NCBI GenBank assembly: GCA_013265495.1
Contig: MU058636.1
Coordinates: 6,731,741-6,795,740 of the forward strand
Reading direction: 5' to 3'
DNA: 64,000 nt
Source: Vicugna vicugna
Lineage: Eukaryota
Below the pieces are notes generated by a model, which was given only the letters and a program-made list of their open reading frames with translations, made no database searches and was not told where the DNA came from. Shown here piece after piece: positions 53,420 to 64,000 of the stretch. The stretch's first letter is position 1. Every line of letters begins with the position of its first letter. Made by a program: the position numbers and the translations under genes.

Positions 53420-53640
53420 CAAAGAGCATGGAAGATGTGTATGAGTGCTTTTTCTGTAGGCCAGGACTAAAAAAGTCCCACGAGTTTTCTGCTCACATTC
53501 CATTGGCTAGAACTCAGTTAAATGGCCACACCATGCTGTAAGAGAGGCTGAAATTATCTTATAGCTGTGGAGAATGATGTGGAGTAGGCAGGAAGGAAGG
53601 AACAGAAGATTGGTGGTGGCCTAGTCAGTTTATGTCACAG
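53420..53640. mobile_element. MLT1-like MaLR LTR fragment
   Basis: ttctgctcacattccattggctagaactcagttaaatggccacacc. Confidence 0.65.
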
Positions 53641-54357
53641 TTGCCAAACAGGGAACAATAGAAAGTCAAGGTAAGAAATGAAATACTGATGGTTGGGAGC
53701 CGAGAAGATCCAGATATTGAAAGGAAGTGACATGAATGAGAGGCGTGTAGTGATTCCCGGGCTACAGCTCAGTGCTCCAGGAAGCCTTTACTAGAGCCTT
53801 CTGTCTGAATTATGTATTTGGTGGGGGAGCAGTCAAACGAGCCAGCAGTTAAATGAGCCACAAACACAAGCAGTAACGAGCCCTCTTTACTTTTGTCACA
53901 TTATTTTGCATTGTACTTACTTTTAACTATAATTTTAAGTTTTTGATATTCAAGTTTTACATAGATTATTTCACAGACTTTGGACAGAAAGGATTTGAAA
54001 AATTCTATGGTGTCTGTGTTAAGGGAACCCATAATTTTAACCTAATAAAGTAACTCCTAAATAGTTACCAGAAATTTGAAAATAATAGCTGTCAACATTT
54101 ATATAGTATTTTCTAATTTGTATCTCAACGTTTTAGTTTTTGCAGATTTTTTTTGAGAAGTGTTTAAATAGTAATCTTGGCATTTTGGAAGATAGCTGTG
54201 CTATATAAATTGTCAATTCTTTTTATAGATAGAAGTTAGTAAAAATAACTATAGGATTCTATATCTGGGTATAGATTTTACTTACTTAGCCTAAAGTCAT
54301 GTGATTAGAAAATCTAATGTGTTTCATAATACTGTGTTTTTCCCCCTTTTTGTCCAG

Positions 54358-54466
54358 GAGAAAAGTTGAAATTATGCACACACATAGTCTTTTCACTCTT
54401 CTTGGAGAAAGGCTGATGTTGCATACAAACACCGTGACTGTCACCACTTACAACACACTTTATGAG
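54358..54466 (+). CDS. NBEA: NBEA coding exon (109 nt): (K)RKVEIMHTHSLFTLLGERLMLHTNTVTVTTYNTLYE
   Basis: tgtccag|GAGAAA acceptor and TATGAG|gtaaaa donor; lies within ORF 54317..54538. Confidence 0.96.
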
Positions 54467-55098
54467 GTAAAAATTTGTAAAATGCGTGATGATAATTTTA
54501 AATGTATGCAGTGGAAACCCCCTATGTTATTGGAATAGTAGTTGGTCAGTTTATCTAAAAAGGCAATAATCCTCAAAAAAGATGAACACATACTTACATT
54601 TAAAAATTTTGTTTTAAAACATATTCTCATACATTGACTTGCCAGTCTTCTTATGTTGGTCCTAGGCCTTTTCATTGAGTATGTGTCAGCTGATTGGCTT
54701 TGAAGAGTTTTTCTCACATAAATCACACCCATTGTGTATTATATACATTTGTTCTCTCCCTGCCCCTACCCTCTCCCCTTTTCTCTTTCTCTGTTTCTAA
54801 TATGTGGCAACTGTCAACAATCACCTAGAGTTGAGACTGGGATAAAATGTAGGTAAGAATTTTTGTAAATGATGTCTGGAGAAGCTTTAGATCTCATCAT
54901 TTCAATTCAGAAATTCTTTTCTTAATTATCTCTAATACAACTTGGGTTCAGTGTTTTCTATGAAATGCTTGTACTACTTCCCAGAGTTACTGTTCTCATT
55001 TTAAATACCAGTAAAATACTAGGAATGTTCCCTTTTATTGACCTTAATTCTGTTTTCCTGTAACCAATGTTCAGAGGTCCTACTTCTTTTCTCTAGTT

Positions 55099-56085
55099 CA
55101 AGGATTAGCAAACTAGCAACACCTGCCTTTGTATGGCCACGAGCTAAGGATAGTGCTTATATTTTTTAATGATTGAAAATAATCAAAAAAGAAAAAGAAT
55201 ATATGACATGTAAAACTTACATGAAATTCAAATTTCAGTGTCCATCAGTGTGTTGTTGGAACTTCGCCAGGCTCACTTCCTTACACACTGCCTGTGGCTG
55301 CATTTGTGTTACCACAGCAGTGTTGAATATTTGCAACAGGGATCCCTTTGCACTGCTGCTCGGTTCAGTAACTAGACAATGTTTCACACACCGCCTGTGT
55401 TGCCCAACCTAACTTTCTTTTCATTTTGATACCAGTGCATATCCATCATGTCAAAATAAGAGAAAAGTGGACTTCAGATCTCACACTTTAACATACAGTG
55501 CAGTGTGGATTATTTTGTTACAGATGTAGATGGTAAAGCGTTGTGTCTGTTACACAAGGACACTCTCGTTATGCTAAAAGAATATTTATTGACATTGTTA
55601 GATTAAACACTCTTAATAATATTCCTAACTCAGAAAAACAATGGCTGGAAAATATAAAACAATATCTCATCTATGCAGATTTTTTCAAAGAAATTTTTAA
55701 AAATGAAATGATTTTGAGGATGGCAGATGCTGAGATTCTAATGGAATTGTACTACAACTTTAAATTAATATGGGACAAATTTAGACTCCTCTAATACGAC
55801 TTTTTTTTTTTTTTATGTAAGCCTTCGGCCAGATGTAGCTCAATTCTAGTTTTTGCATGGCTTGTAAGAAGAGGATAGTTTTTACATTCTTAAAGATGGG
55901 AGTAAAGAATATTTTGTGATGTGAAATAAAAATTTTATTGGAACATAACCATGCTTATTAATTTAAGTTTAGTTATCCTATGAGTGACTTCATAGTGTAA
56001 TGACAAAGTGGAGTAGTGAGAGACACCACATGGCCGACAAATGCTAAAATTTTTACTATTTTACCTATCAATAAAACCTCTGCTG
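55099..56085 (+). mobile_element. Charlie1-like hAT DNA transposon relic with a decayed transposase N-terminus
   Basis: MER58-type end caaggattagcaaact; ATG at 55448 followed by disrupted RKVDF...VDYFVTDVDGKALCLL...LKEY; second MER58-like subterminal block at 55820-56080. Confidence 0.8.
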
Positions 56086-58355
56086 CGAAGTTAAAATTCT
56101 CTGTGACCCATGAATTATGAGGTTATTTCATCTATAAAATAAATATAAAATAAAACAAATGTATAATGCTGGGCTCAGATCTATGTCTATAAATGGCATG
56201 TTTATCAAGTTACCTCCATGCTTTTAATTCCTTGTTGTTTCCCAGCCCTGTCCAGCATGATAGCCACTTGTCACATTTGGCTGTTGAGCCCAAGTCCAGT
56301 CAAACTTCATGGCCCATCTTGAATCCTGTCCTTTCATTAAATGTTTACATCCGTATTTGTCTCTCCTTATTTATATCTCCTTATTTATCCCCCTCCCTTT
56401 TAAAAATGCACATAGGTTCTTCATGACAGACACTGTACCACAAGGGCATGGATTTGTGCCTGTCTCTGGAATATTAATTAAATAATTTATTCTAAAAATA
56501 TAGTTCCACCTAACAACTGTGTTTCCCATTTCAAATGTGTAGCAGAGTGCTGGCACATAATTGGTTCCTAATAAATACATCCTGAATTGAATTGCTAAAT
56601 GTATTTTTGTAATTAAATAAAAACTCGTATTTAAATAAAACTGTGACATACAGTTTTCTAAGCACTTTCACATACAGATCCCTATTTGATTTTCCAAGCC
56701 CCTTTATTAGGTTGGCAAGGCGATTAGGACTGTTGGTGTTAGATGATCAAATAGGGGCTTGAAAGGACAACAATACAAAACTGGAGGTTCTTTGAGGTAA
56801 ATTTTGTTTTCTGTGCAATGAGATTCCTACTTTTTGGAATGAGAAAGTCTTGGCTATCCTCTGTCATGGAAGAGAGTGGCCTAGTCTTTTCCAAACATAT
56901 TTGCAGTTATTTTGCATCTGTTTGTAACCAGAATTCTTGGGATCTTTTCTGCTGGGCTGTAGGTCTACACCAGGGCCTTTTGGGCAGGTTGGTGTGAAAC
57001 TCCTCATAGGCAGGTACCAACCACTAGTTGATTTTTGGTATGTGGTTTTCAAAGAAATTTTTAATCCCGTCTGTCAGCTCCGTCTGATTAGTAGTGCATG
57101 TCTGCAGTGCTCTGTTGAAAAAACTCTTGAGGCACTGTTTAGTTCTAGCAACAAAGTGTTTATTTCAATAAAAGTATGAGCATGAAGAGGGGGTACTTGT
57201 GCCCTACATTTGTCATTTTAATAATAGTAGGTTACTTTTTATTTCAAGTCAGTACCTTCATATACATTCTTAATACCTAAGTAAATTTTCTATCTTTTTC
57301 TTCTTCTTTTTTAAAGTCTGAACAAAGGTAAGAAAATGCCACTGCTGGATGTCATGATCTTTTTCTAATCAGAAAGGATCATCCCTGTCTCATGATTAAT
57401 TTATTCTCCATCCCAGTTTTTACAACATAGCTACATATAACTGGGCTCTCAGCCACCTTTCATGGTTTCCTTCAAAGGTTTTGCATCGTACTGTAGGTTG
57501 AACTATTTAAAAAGTTTCATTCAGAGCTTAGCATGTTAAACTAAACAGGAAATTAAATCACAATATAAAATGGTATATTTATTAAGTATAGTCTCATTGG
57601 ATCTTTCAATATATGCAAGAATAGACAAACTTAGGCTATAGCATAAAATACAATGAACAGTCGTATATCCATATTTTGTATGTAATGAATCCATTCTTAA
57701 GTGTAACAGATATTTATTGACTGCTGGCAGTATGTTATGCACGGTGCTAATTGCTAGGAATGTAACATTGAAAAAGATGTATAAGAGTCCTGCACTCATA
57801 GAGTTTGGGTGTTAATGGAAAAATTAGTGAATGTTTTAGAATTCTGTCTTTCCTTTATTTGGTCAACTTTTGTCATTTTTTGTTATTTGAAAGAAATTAA
57901 AAAAATCATTGGTGAATGAGCCACATTTTTAATAAAGATTTTCCCCTTATCACACTTCATTTGAAGTTAGGACCCAGGCTCAGACATTATTTCTTTAAAT
58001 TATTTTCTAAGTTTTTTCATTAATGATGAAGTAGCAGTCAGATGTTGGCAATTCACAAATTTTAATGTATTAAAGTTGTACACTAAAAAGTTATTTCAAG
58101 CAGAATTAATTCTTAGAATTCCTAATTAATCTTTCCTTCTATAGATATTGGTCCTGGTTTTGTCTTTACCTATAACAAACAAAAATTGAAGACTAGAAAG
58201 AGTTTAGAAGCATGTGGAATTCACTAGAAGACCCTTTAGAAGAGACGTTTCTTTTGATTTGAACAAATTGACATTTTTTGCAGATTCTTTGTATATCTAT
58301 AATTTGCAACTATGAATTTATTTTCTAAATGAAATTCAAATTCTTCATCTTTCAG

Positions 58356-58437
58356 ATTTTGACAGAGCAAGTATGTACTCAAGTTGTACACAAACCACAT
58401 CCAGAGCCAGATTCTACAGTGAAAATTCAGAATCCAA
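58356..58437 (+). CDS. NBEA: NBEA coding exon (82 nt): ILTEQVCTQVVHKPHPEPDSTVKIQNP(M)
   Basis: ctttcag|ATTTTG acceptor and TCCAA|gtgagc donor. Confidence 0.96.
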
Positions 58438-58666
58438 GTGAGCAAACAACAATTCTATATTGTAACGCAATAGTAACATGGTAACACGTGAGACGAAATC
58501 AAAACTTTTCCTAACCAGTCTGGTGTTCCTAATCAGTCTGGTGTTTACATAGTTATGACACTTATAACTCACCTACCATAGTACTAAGCATTTAGTTAAA
58601 AATCAGGAAATACTTTTTGAGAAGAAGATATAATGCAAACCTTTACTGTACTTTGTTTGTTTACAG

Positions 58667-58790
58667 TGATTCTTAAGGTGGTGGCAACCTTGTTAAAAAA
58701 CTCTACACCAAGTGCAGAACTGATGGAAGTTCGTCGTTTATTTTTATCTGATATGATAAAACTTTTCAGTAACAGCCGAGAAAATAGAAG
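58667..58790 (+). CDS. NBEA: NBEA coding exon (124 nt): (M)ILKVVATLLKNSTPSAELMEVRRLFLSDMIKLFSNSRENR(R)
   Basis: tttacag|TGATTC acceptor and AGAAG|gtaagc donor. Confidence 0.96.
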
Positions 58791-59646
58791 GTAAGCAGTT
58801 TGAATACTTGAATAAAACTTTATTCCAGAGCTAATCTTATTTCCTCTCTTCTGTTTTCAGTCTCTTTCAAAGAAAAAATTTTCAGATCTTTCCTATTGCT
58901 AGGTACTTTTCATCATTAAAAAAGATGTTTATGCTTTTTGATATAACCTGCATTCATTATACTTCTACTTATTTTTGTATGATTTTGATTATGTAGATGT
59001 TACATTCTAATTGTATATATGAATATACAAATCCACAAACCCTTACTTAAAATGCACTATTCCTTTTCCTGATACCCGGCTGCCACCAACAGTGCTTTAA
59101 ATGTAATTGTCTTGGATTTGCGTTATGTCATCTGTGCTTTCCTCGCGCTGGTCTGATAGCTGATTATTGTCATGCATTTTTAAGCTGGTTAGTAGGATAT
59201 GAGGTTCAGTCTGAAGCCGTGGTTACTGCCTGAGCCTTAAATTTAACAAGTGTTGATTGAGTGTCTGCTGTGTATAAAGCAGCACTGTGCTGCACAGGTT
59301 GTTATTGTATAGTCTCAGTACAATTTAGTGGGAAAGATAACAATAAAGCAGTGATTAATTCATAATGTGTTAAGTGCATTGTGAGTGCTACATGTGTTGA
59401 GGGAACTGAACAGTAACTAAATCTCACTGGAAGAGTTGGGAAAGCAATTTTAAATATTAATGTGGGTTTTTCCACGTAGAAAAACAGGGGAAGTCATTCT
59501 AGGTTTAGAATATTGAATGTGCTGAATGACTGTATATATTGTTTTACTTAAGTCTAAACATATTTTCACTATTTATCTCAACTTGAAAATAGTAAATTCC
59601 AATATAAGTTAGGAATTTTTAATGAGTTTTTTTTTCCCCCCACTAG

Positions 59647-59839
59647 ATGCTTATTGCAATGTTCAGTGTGGCAGGACTGGATGTTTTCTCTTGGCTATAT
59701 CAATCCTAAAAATTCCGAGGAACAGAAGATTACGGAGATGGTCTACAATATCTTCCGGATTCTTTTGTATCACGCAATAAAATATGAATGGGGAGGCTGG
59801 AGAGTCTGGGTGGATACGCTCTCTATAGCCCATTCCAAG
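59647..59839 (+). CDS. NBEA: NBEA coding exon (193 nt): (R)[64 protein letters not shown]
   Basis: cactag|ATGCTT acceptor and TCCAAG|gtaaca donor; contains the [10 protein letters not shown] motif; ORF 59654..59890. Confidence 0.97.
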
Positions 59840-59909
59840 GTAACAAGCGATTTAGCATTTTACATCATCGGGGTTTCAGCAATGGATTAATGTCTGTAAA
59901 CACTCATCT

Positions 59910-59934
59910 GGCGCCATCTTGTGGGCATCTTGCA
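59910..59934 (-). promoter_or_regulatory. Candidate CTCF site with upstream module, overlapping a YY1-like core
   Basis: Minus strand reads TGCAA-gatgc-CCACAAGATGGCGCC. Confidence 0.6.
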
Positions 59935-60545
59935 TTATGGCCGATTCCTTTATCCCAATTTCCTTTCTTTTCTGTTTTTGTTTTTCTTCCTGGGTTCATA
60001 CACCTTTAAAGCTTGCAGTATCATATAATTGAAGATCATACAATTGAAACTTTGAGTATATAAATTAGGAATTTTAGTTTCCAAAGGTGACCGTCATACA
60101 TATGTTTTATAGTAGATCTGAGAACTTACACTTGAGTCTTTTAACTAAAACAAACCTACTAGTTCTTAAAAGAATGTTTCATGAAACAGAATCTGAAGTA
60201 TACTTATAAAGCCTTTTAAAAGTAATCAGAAATTGTTTTTATTTCTAAGTGAATAATATGTTTAAAGTATTCAAGCTTAGTGTTGTTTTTCATTGCATTA
60301 TCTTTATTTTTAATCTTAAGAATCTATATGTTTATTTATATTTTAAATATTGTCTGATTTTTTATAAAAAGAAGTAGTAAATTAAAATTTACAGTATGTA
60401 CACATTAGATTCTGGAAATTCAGAGTTAAGATTTCTCATCATGTGGTGCCATGAAAAGACCCCGGGTGTCAGAAGTTGGCTTTTGCTCCAGTGTGTGCCA
60501 CAATTCAGTTTTGCTGGCTTTGGGAAAGTGATTTAGTCCTCCGGG

Positions 60546-60758
60546 CAGGGATTAGAAAAATGTTTCTAAAGGTACAGACAGTTAATATTTTAGGTTTGTG
60601 GGCTGTACAGCCTCTGATGAAGCTACTCAGCTCTCATGCAGCGTGAAAATAGCTACAGACAAAATGTAAGGAATGAACGTGGCTGTAACAGAACTTTACT
60701 TACAAAGCAACAGGTTATAAGCAGGTATAACTCATGGGCCATAGTTTGCCAGCCCCTG
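60546..60758. mobile_element. MER58A-like element inserted in a MIR
   Basis: Terminal inverted repeats cagggattagaaaa / tttgccagcccctg; internal acagacagttaatattttaggtttgtgggctgtacag; similar to 38838-39042. Confidence 0.88.
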
Positions 60759-61624
60759 TTTTTGGAACTTGATTTCCTTTTCCATAAAATAAAGGGTTTT
60801 GTATTAAGATAATCTTCAGAGGAATGTCCCTTGACATAAAATTCTGTCATCCTATCACTTAAATATAAATTAATGTCATATGTGTCTATAAGGAAGGATT
60901 TTGAAGTTTTTTTAAATTTTAGAAGACCTTTTATTTCTGTTACATATTTACATTTTATAATATCTTGGCACCTTACTTTTATAATTTCATTAATAAGCTT
61001 GAAAATAGTATTTTATAGGAAAACTTATTGTAAATCTTTGTGCAAGAAATGTATATCCTGATTATCCCTAAACAAGCCTATGCAAAGTAACAAATTACAG
61101 TAGACTATATAAAGATAAAATTATAATGTTTTAACAGTTAATAAATGTATTTATTTATAGATATGTGTTATTTTTGACCTCATTTGTTGCAATAGGCACA
61201 CATATGAGTAATAGATGGTGAAAACTGATATAGTAATAGTCCTTTGGACATTGTATATTAGTAGCCAGTTCTCTATTTTAGCTCAGATAACTCAAATATT
61301 TAGAAGTTCACCTGGCATATTAACTAGCTTAACATTGAAATACTTAACCAAAAAGAATAGATCATTTTATTTATAACTTTAATATTGCTAATTTACCTAC
61401 CTGTGTCTCTTTGGCCAAGTCAAATAATAAGTCATATATGACTGTTTTGATGATATTCCAGTTCTTGATGAAACTAAGCATTTGTCTTAGGATTAATATG
61501 TACTGTATTTGAAATTTTAAAATTATTAGCACCATTTTTGCTATTATGATGATTTTCTTTGTATAATTTTTTTTCTTCTTAATTTATACAGAATGTCTTA
61601 ATGTGTTCTTTACCTATTTCTAAG

Positions 61625-62641
61625 GTCACTTATGAAGCACATAAGGAATACCTAGCCAAAATGTACGAGGAATATCAGAGACAAGAGGAGGAAAACATTA
61701 AAAAGGGAAAGAAAGGGAATGTGAGCACCATCTCTGGTCTTTCATCACAGACAACAGGAGCAAAAGGTGGAATGGAAATTCGAGAGATAGAAGACCTTTC
61801 ACAAAGCCAGAGCCCAGAAAGTGAGACAGATTACCCTGTCAGCACAGATACTAGAGACCTGCTCATGTCAACAAAAGTGTCGGATGATATTCTTGGAAAT
61901 GCAGATAGACCGGGAAGTGGTGTGCATGTGGAAGTGCATGATCTTTTAGTTGACATAAAAGCAGAGAAAGTGGAAGCAACAGAAGTAAAGCTTGATGATA
62001 TGGATTTATCACCAGAGACTCTAGTAGGTGGAGAGAATGGTGCTCTCGTGGAGGTTGAATCTTTGTTGGATAATGTATATAGTGCTGCTGTTGAGAAACT
62101 CCAGAACAATGTACATGGCAGTGTTGGTATCATTAAAAAAAATGAAGAAAAGGATAATGGTCCATTGATAACGTTAGCAGATGAGAAGGATGAAATTCCC
62201 AACAGTAGCTCATCATTTCTTTTTGATAAAATACCCAAACAGGAGGAGAAACTCCTTCCTGAACTTTCCAGCAATCACATCATTCCAAATATTCAGGACA
62301 CACAAGTACATCTTGGTGTTGGTGACGATCTTGGATTACTTGCTCACATGACCGGTAGTGTAGACTTAACTTGTACATCAAGTATAATAGAAGAAAAAGA
62401 GTTCAAAATCCATACAACTTCAGATGGAATGAGCAGTATTTCTGAAAGAGATCTGGCATCATCATCTAAAGGGTTAGAGTATGCTGAAATGACTGCTACG
62501 ACTCTGGAAACTGAATCTTCTGGCAGCAAAATTGTACCTAATGTTGATGCAGGAAGTATAATTTCAGACACTGAGAGATCTGACGATGGCAAAGAATCAG
62601 GAAAGGAAATCCGAAAAATCCAGACCACTGCTACAACACAA
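61625..62641 (+). CDS. NBEA: NBEA large coding exon (1017 nt, 339 aa), acidic low-complexity region containing the PKA RII-binding segment
   Basis: ttctaag|GTCACT acceptor and ACACAA|gtaagt donor; ORF 61601..62677 (VTYEAHKEYLAKMYEEYQRQEEE...KIQTTATTQ). Confidence 0.97.
62054..62104 (+). other. NBEA: Amphipathic helix VESLLDNVYSAAVEKLQ, the likely AKAP (PKA RII-binding) motif
   Basis: Hydrophobic residues have helical periodicity typical of AKAP helices. Neurobeachin is an established AKAP and I recall its RII site mapping to this part of the protein. Confidence 0.7.
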
Positions 62642-62799
62642 GTAAGTCATCCTACCTGCATTCTAAAAATGCACTGAGTAGATATGGAGTTGTCAGCGCC
62701 AAAGCAGAGTGGTTTCTTACCAGTTACACCGTGTTTATGTGTAATTGTGGTGTAATAGTAATGTATAAAATGGAGTGGTGTGGTGGTTGGTATACGTAA

Positions 62800-62970
62800 A
62801 AGAAACCTAAAATATCTGAATCATATATCCAACTGTCGCATACTGTCTGTGTAACTTTGCTCAACCTCTCTGGGCCTGAATTTTTTAAAATGGTACAAGA
62901 GGTTGTACCGGCTTGAAATATGACCTTTAAGGCCTCTATCACTCGTAACGTTTTATGGTTCTGTGACTAC
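62800..62970 (+). mobile_element. MIR remnant
   Basis: tactgtctgtgtaactttg...aacctctctgggcctgaattttttaaaatgg...tttaaggcctct. Confidence 0.55.
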
Positions 62971-64000
62971 ATTGACACATTTGTACTCGAGATCTTCATT
63001 CTGAATACTTGATTAATTTAACCTTTCAAGCTTCAGGCCCGACCCTACTCTGTGGATTATAGAAAAGAGGACTTGGAGCCCAGATGGAGCTGGTAAATGA
63101 AATGAAGGGGAAGGGAAAAGGGGACTGTTATTTTCAGGTGCTTCCCGTGTTCCAGGCACTGTGCTGTATGTTTTCAGATTTAATCCTGACAACAGCCCTG
63201 TGAGGTCGGTAACATGGCTGAGAAAACTTGGAATATTAGCAGTGAGAAGTTTCTTTTACAACCACATGGATAGGTATCAGTATGAGAAAACTAAAGACTT
63301 AGGTGGTGAGGAGATGGTGGTGCTGTAGTTGTGACCTCAGCATGCCAAAGCTAAAAACAGGCAGGGTTTTCCGACGTTGATATAACTGTGGAGCTTTTGG
63401 TTTCTACTTACTTGTTTTCTAGGCTAAATTATGGTTAAGAGCTGAAGAAAACTTAACCCTTAATGATTTATTTTTTGTTGTTGGTTGTCTGGGTTTTTCA
63501 TTCACCTTTTAATGTCATCAAAGAAGAATTTAACATGTGTCCATTAGAGTTATGTCATGGAGAGTAAACCACACCTCACTGGTGTCTTTGTGCTCTAATA
63601 AGATTCTTTGACAATATGTTCTTTGTGTGGAAAAGGTATTTTTACTTTTTTCTCTATTAACGACTTCCAATTTCCATTTTGTGGCAGTTGTACTATAGTG
63701 ATACTTTGCAGGGAATAGGGATATTGAATTAAGGGCAGGTTTAAAACAATGGAAAGCATGGTGTATTGTTTACTGAGCATAGTAAACGCTAGACTTGCCT
63801 GGTTTTCACTCAGATTTCACAGGCATTTGTCTGGTTTTCTAACTTATAAAATGTGTGTGCTTTTCTAAATTGAAATACTGTGAGTAAAGTAGGCTTTGAA
63901 GTCAACTGGAATCTGTTCAAGTAATATTTCTTTTAGTCTTGTGTTTCTGATTAGAACTAGTTGGTGACATGGACCCAGTATCCTGCACCTGCGTATATGC

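Larger units (their letters stand above)
1..64000 (+). other. NBEA: Internal part of the neurobeachin gene; start and end of the gene lie outside the window
   Basis: 14 exons with AG/GT boundaries and matching phases join to an 874-codon frame from [24 protein letters not shown] to KEIRKIQTTATTQ, recognised as neurobeachin. The long acidic exon matches NBEA rather than its paralog LRBA. Confidence 0.97.

Noticed and set aside
58515..58548. Short direct repeat CAGTCTGGTGTT x2 in the 229-nt intron
   Set aside because: Ordinary micro-duplication; two copies only, not an array.
446..61061. The remaining 60-120 aa ORFs in the track
   Set aside because: They have low-complexity F/L/I/K composition expected from AT-rich introns, or are L1 fragments. 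None has supported exon structure beyond those listed.
61831..62628. Two antisense ORFs (147 aa and 94 aa) over the large exon
   Set aside because: They are shadow ORFs produced by the codon pattern of the sense NBEA exon. They are Ser/Thr-rich, with no recognisable domain or splice context.
1..64000. CRISPR arrays, operons, prokaryotic systems, or a nested antisense gene such as MAB21L1
   Set aside because: The sequence is mammalian intron/exon DNA with no repeat-spacer arrays. MAB21L1 is known to be nested in NBEA, but no such long minus-strand ORF occurs in this window.

Overview
Mammalian genomic DNA, AT-rich and CpG-depleted. The whole window lies inside one + strand gene, NBEA (neurobeachin, a BEACH-family A-kinase anchoring protein). 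Fourteen consecutive GT-AG coding exons (9669-62641) splice into an uninterrupted 2622-nt, 874-codon frame. From memory of the human gene these are roughly exons 9-22; the numbering is unverified. The introns hold ordinary mammalian repeats: L1, L2, MIR, MER21/MLT LTRs and hAT-Charlie DNA transposons. Four tRNA-Ala-like SINEs resembling the camelid Vic-1 family suggest a camel, alpaca or llama genome. I see no novel multi-gene system. The best leads are splice-regulatory: a candidate cassette exon with a perfect donor and two acceptors (106-nt poison form or 24-nt in-frame microexon), an in-frame 33-nt alternative acceptor on the large AKAP exon, and an 11-nt poison-microexon or recursive-splice candidate. 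Other leads are a strong CTCF/YY1-like site in a local CpG cluster and a fold-back inversion in an L1. Exon coordinates were read base by base. Repeat boundaries and family names are approximate and by eye.
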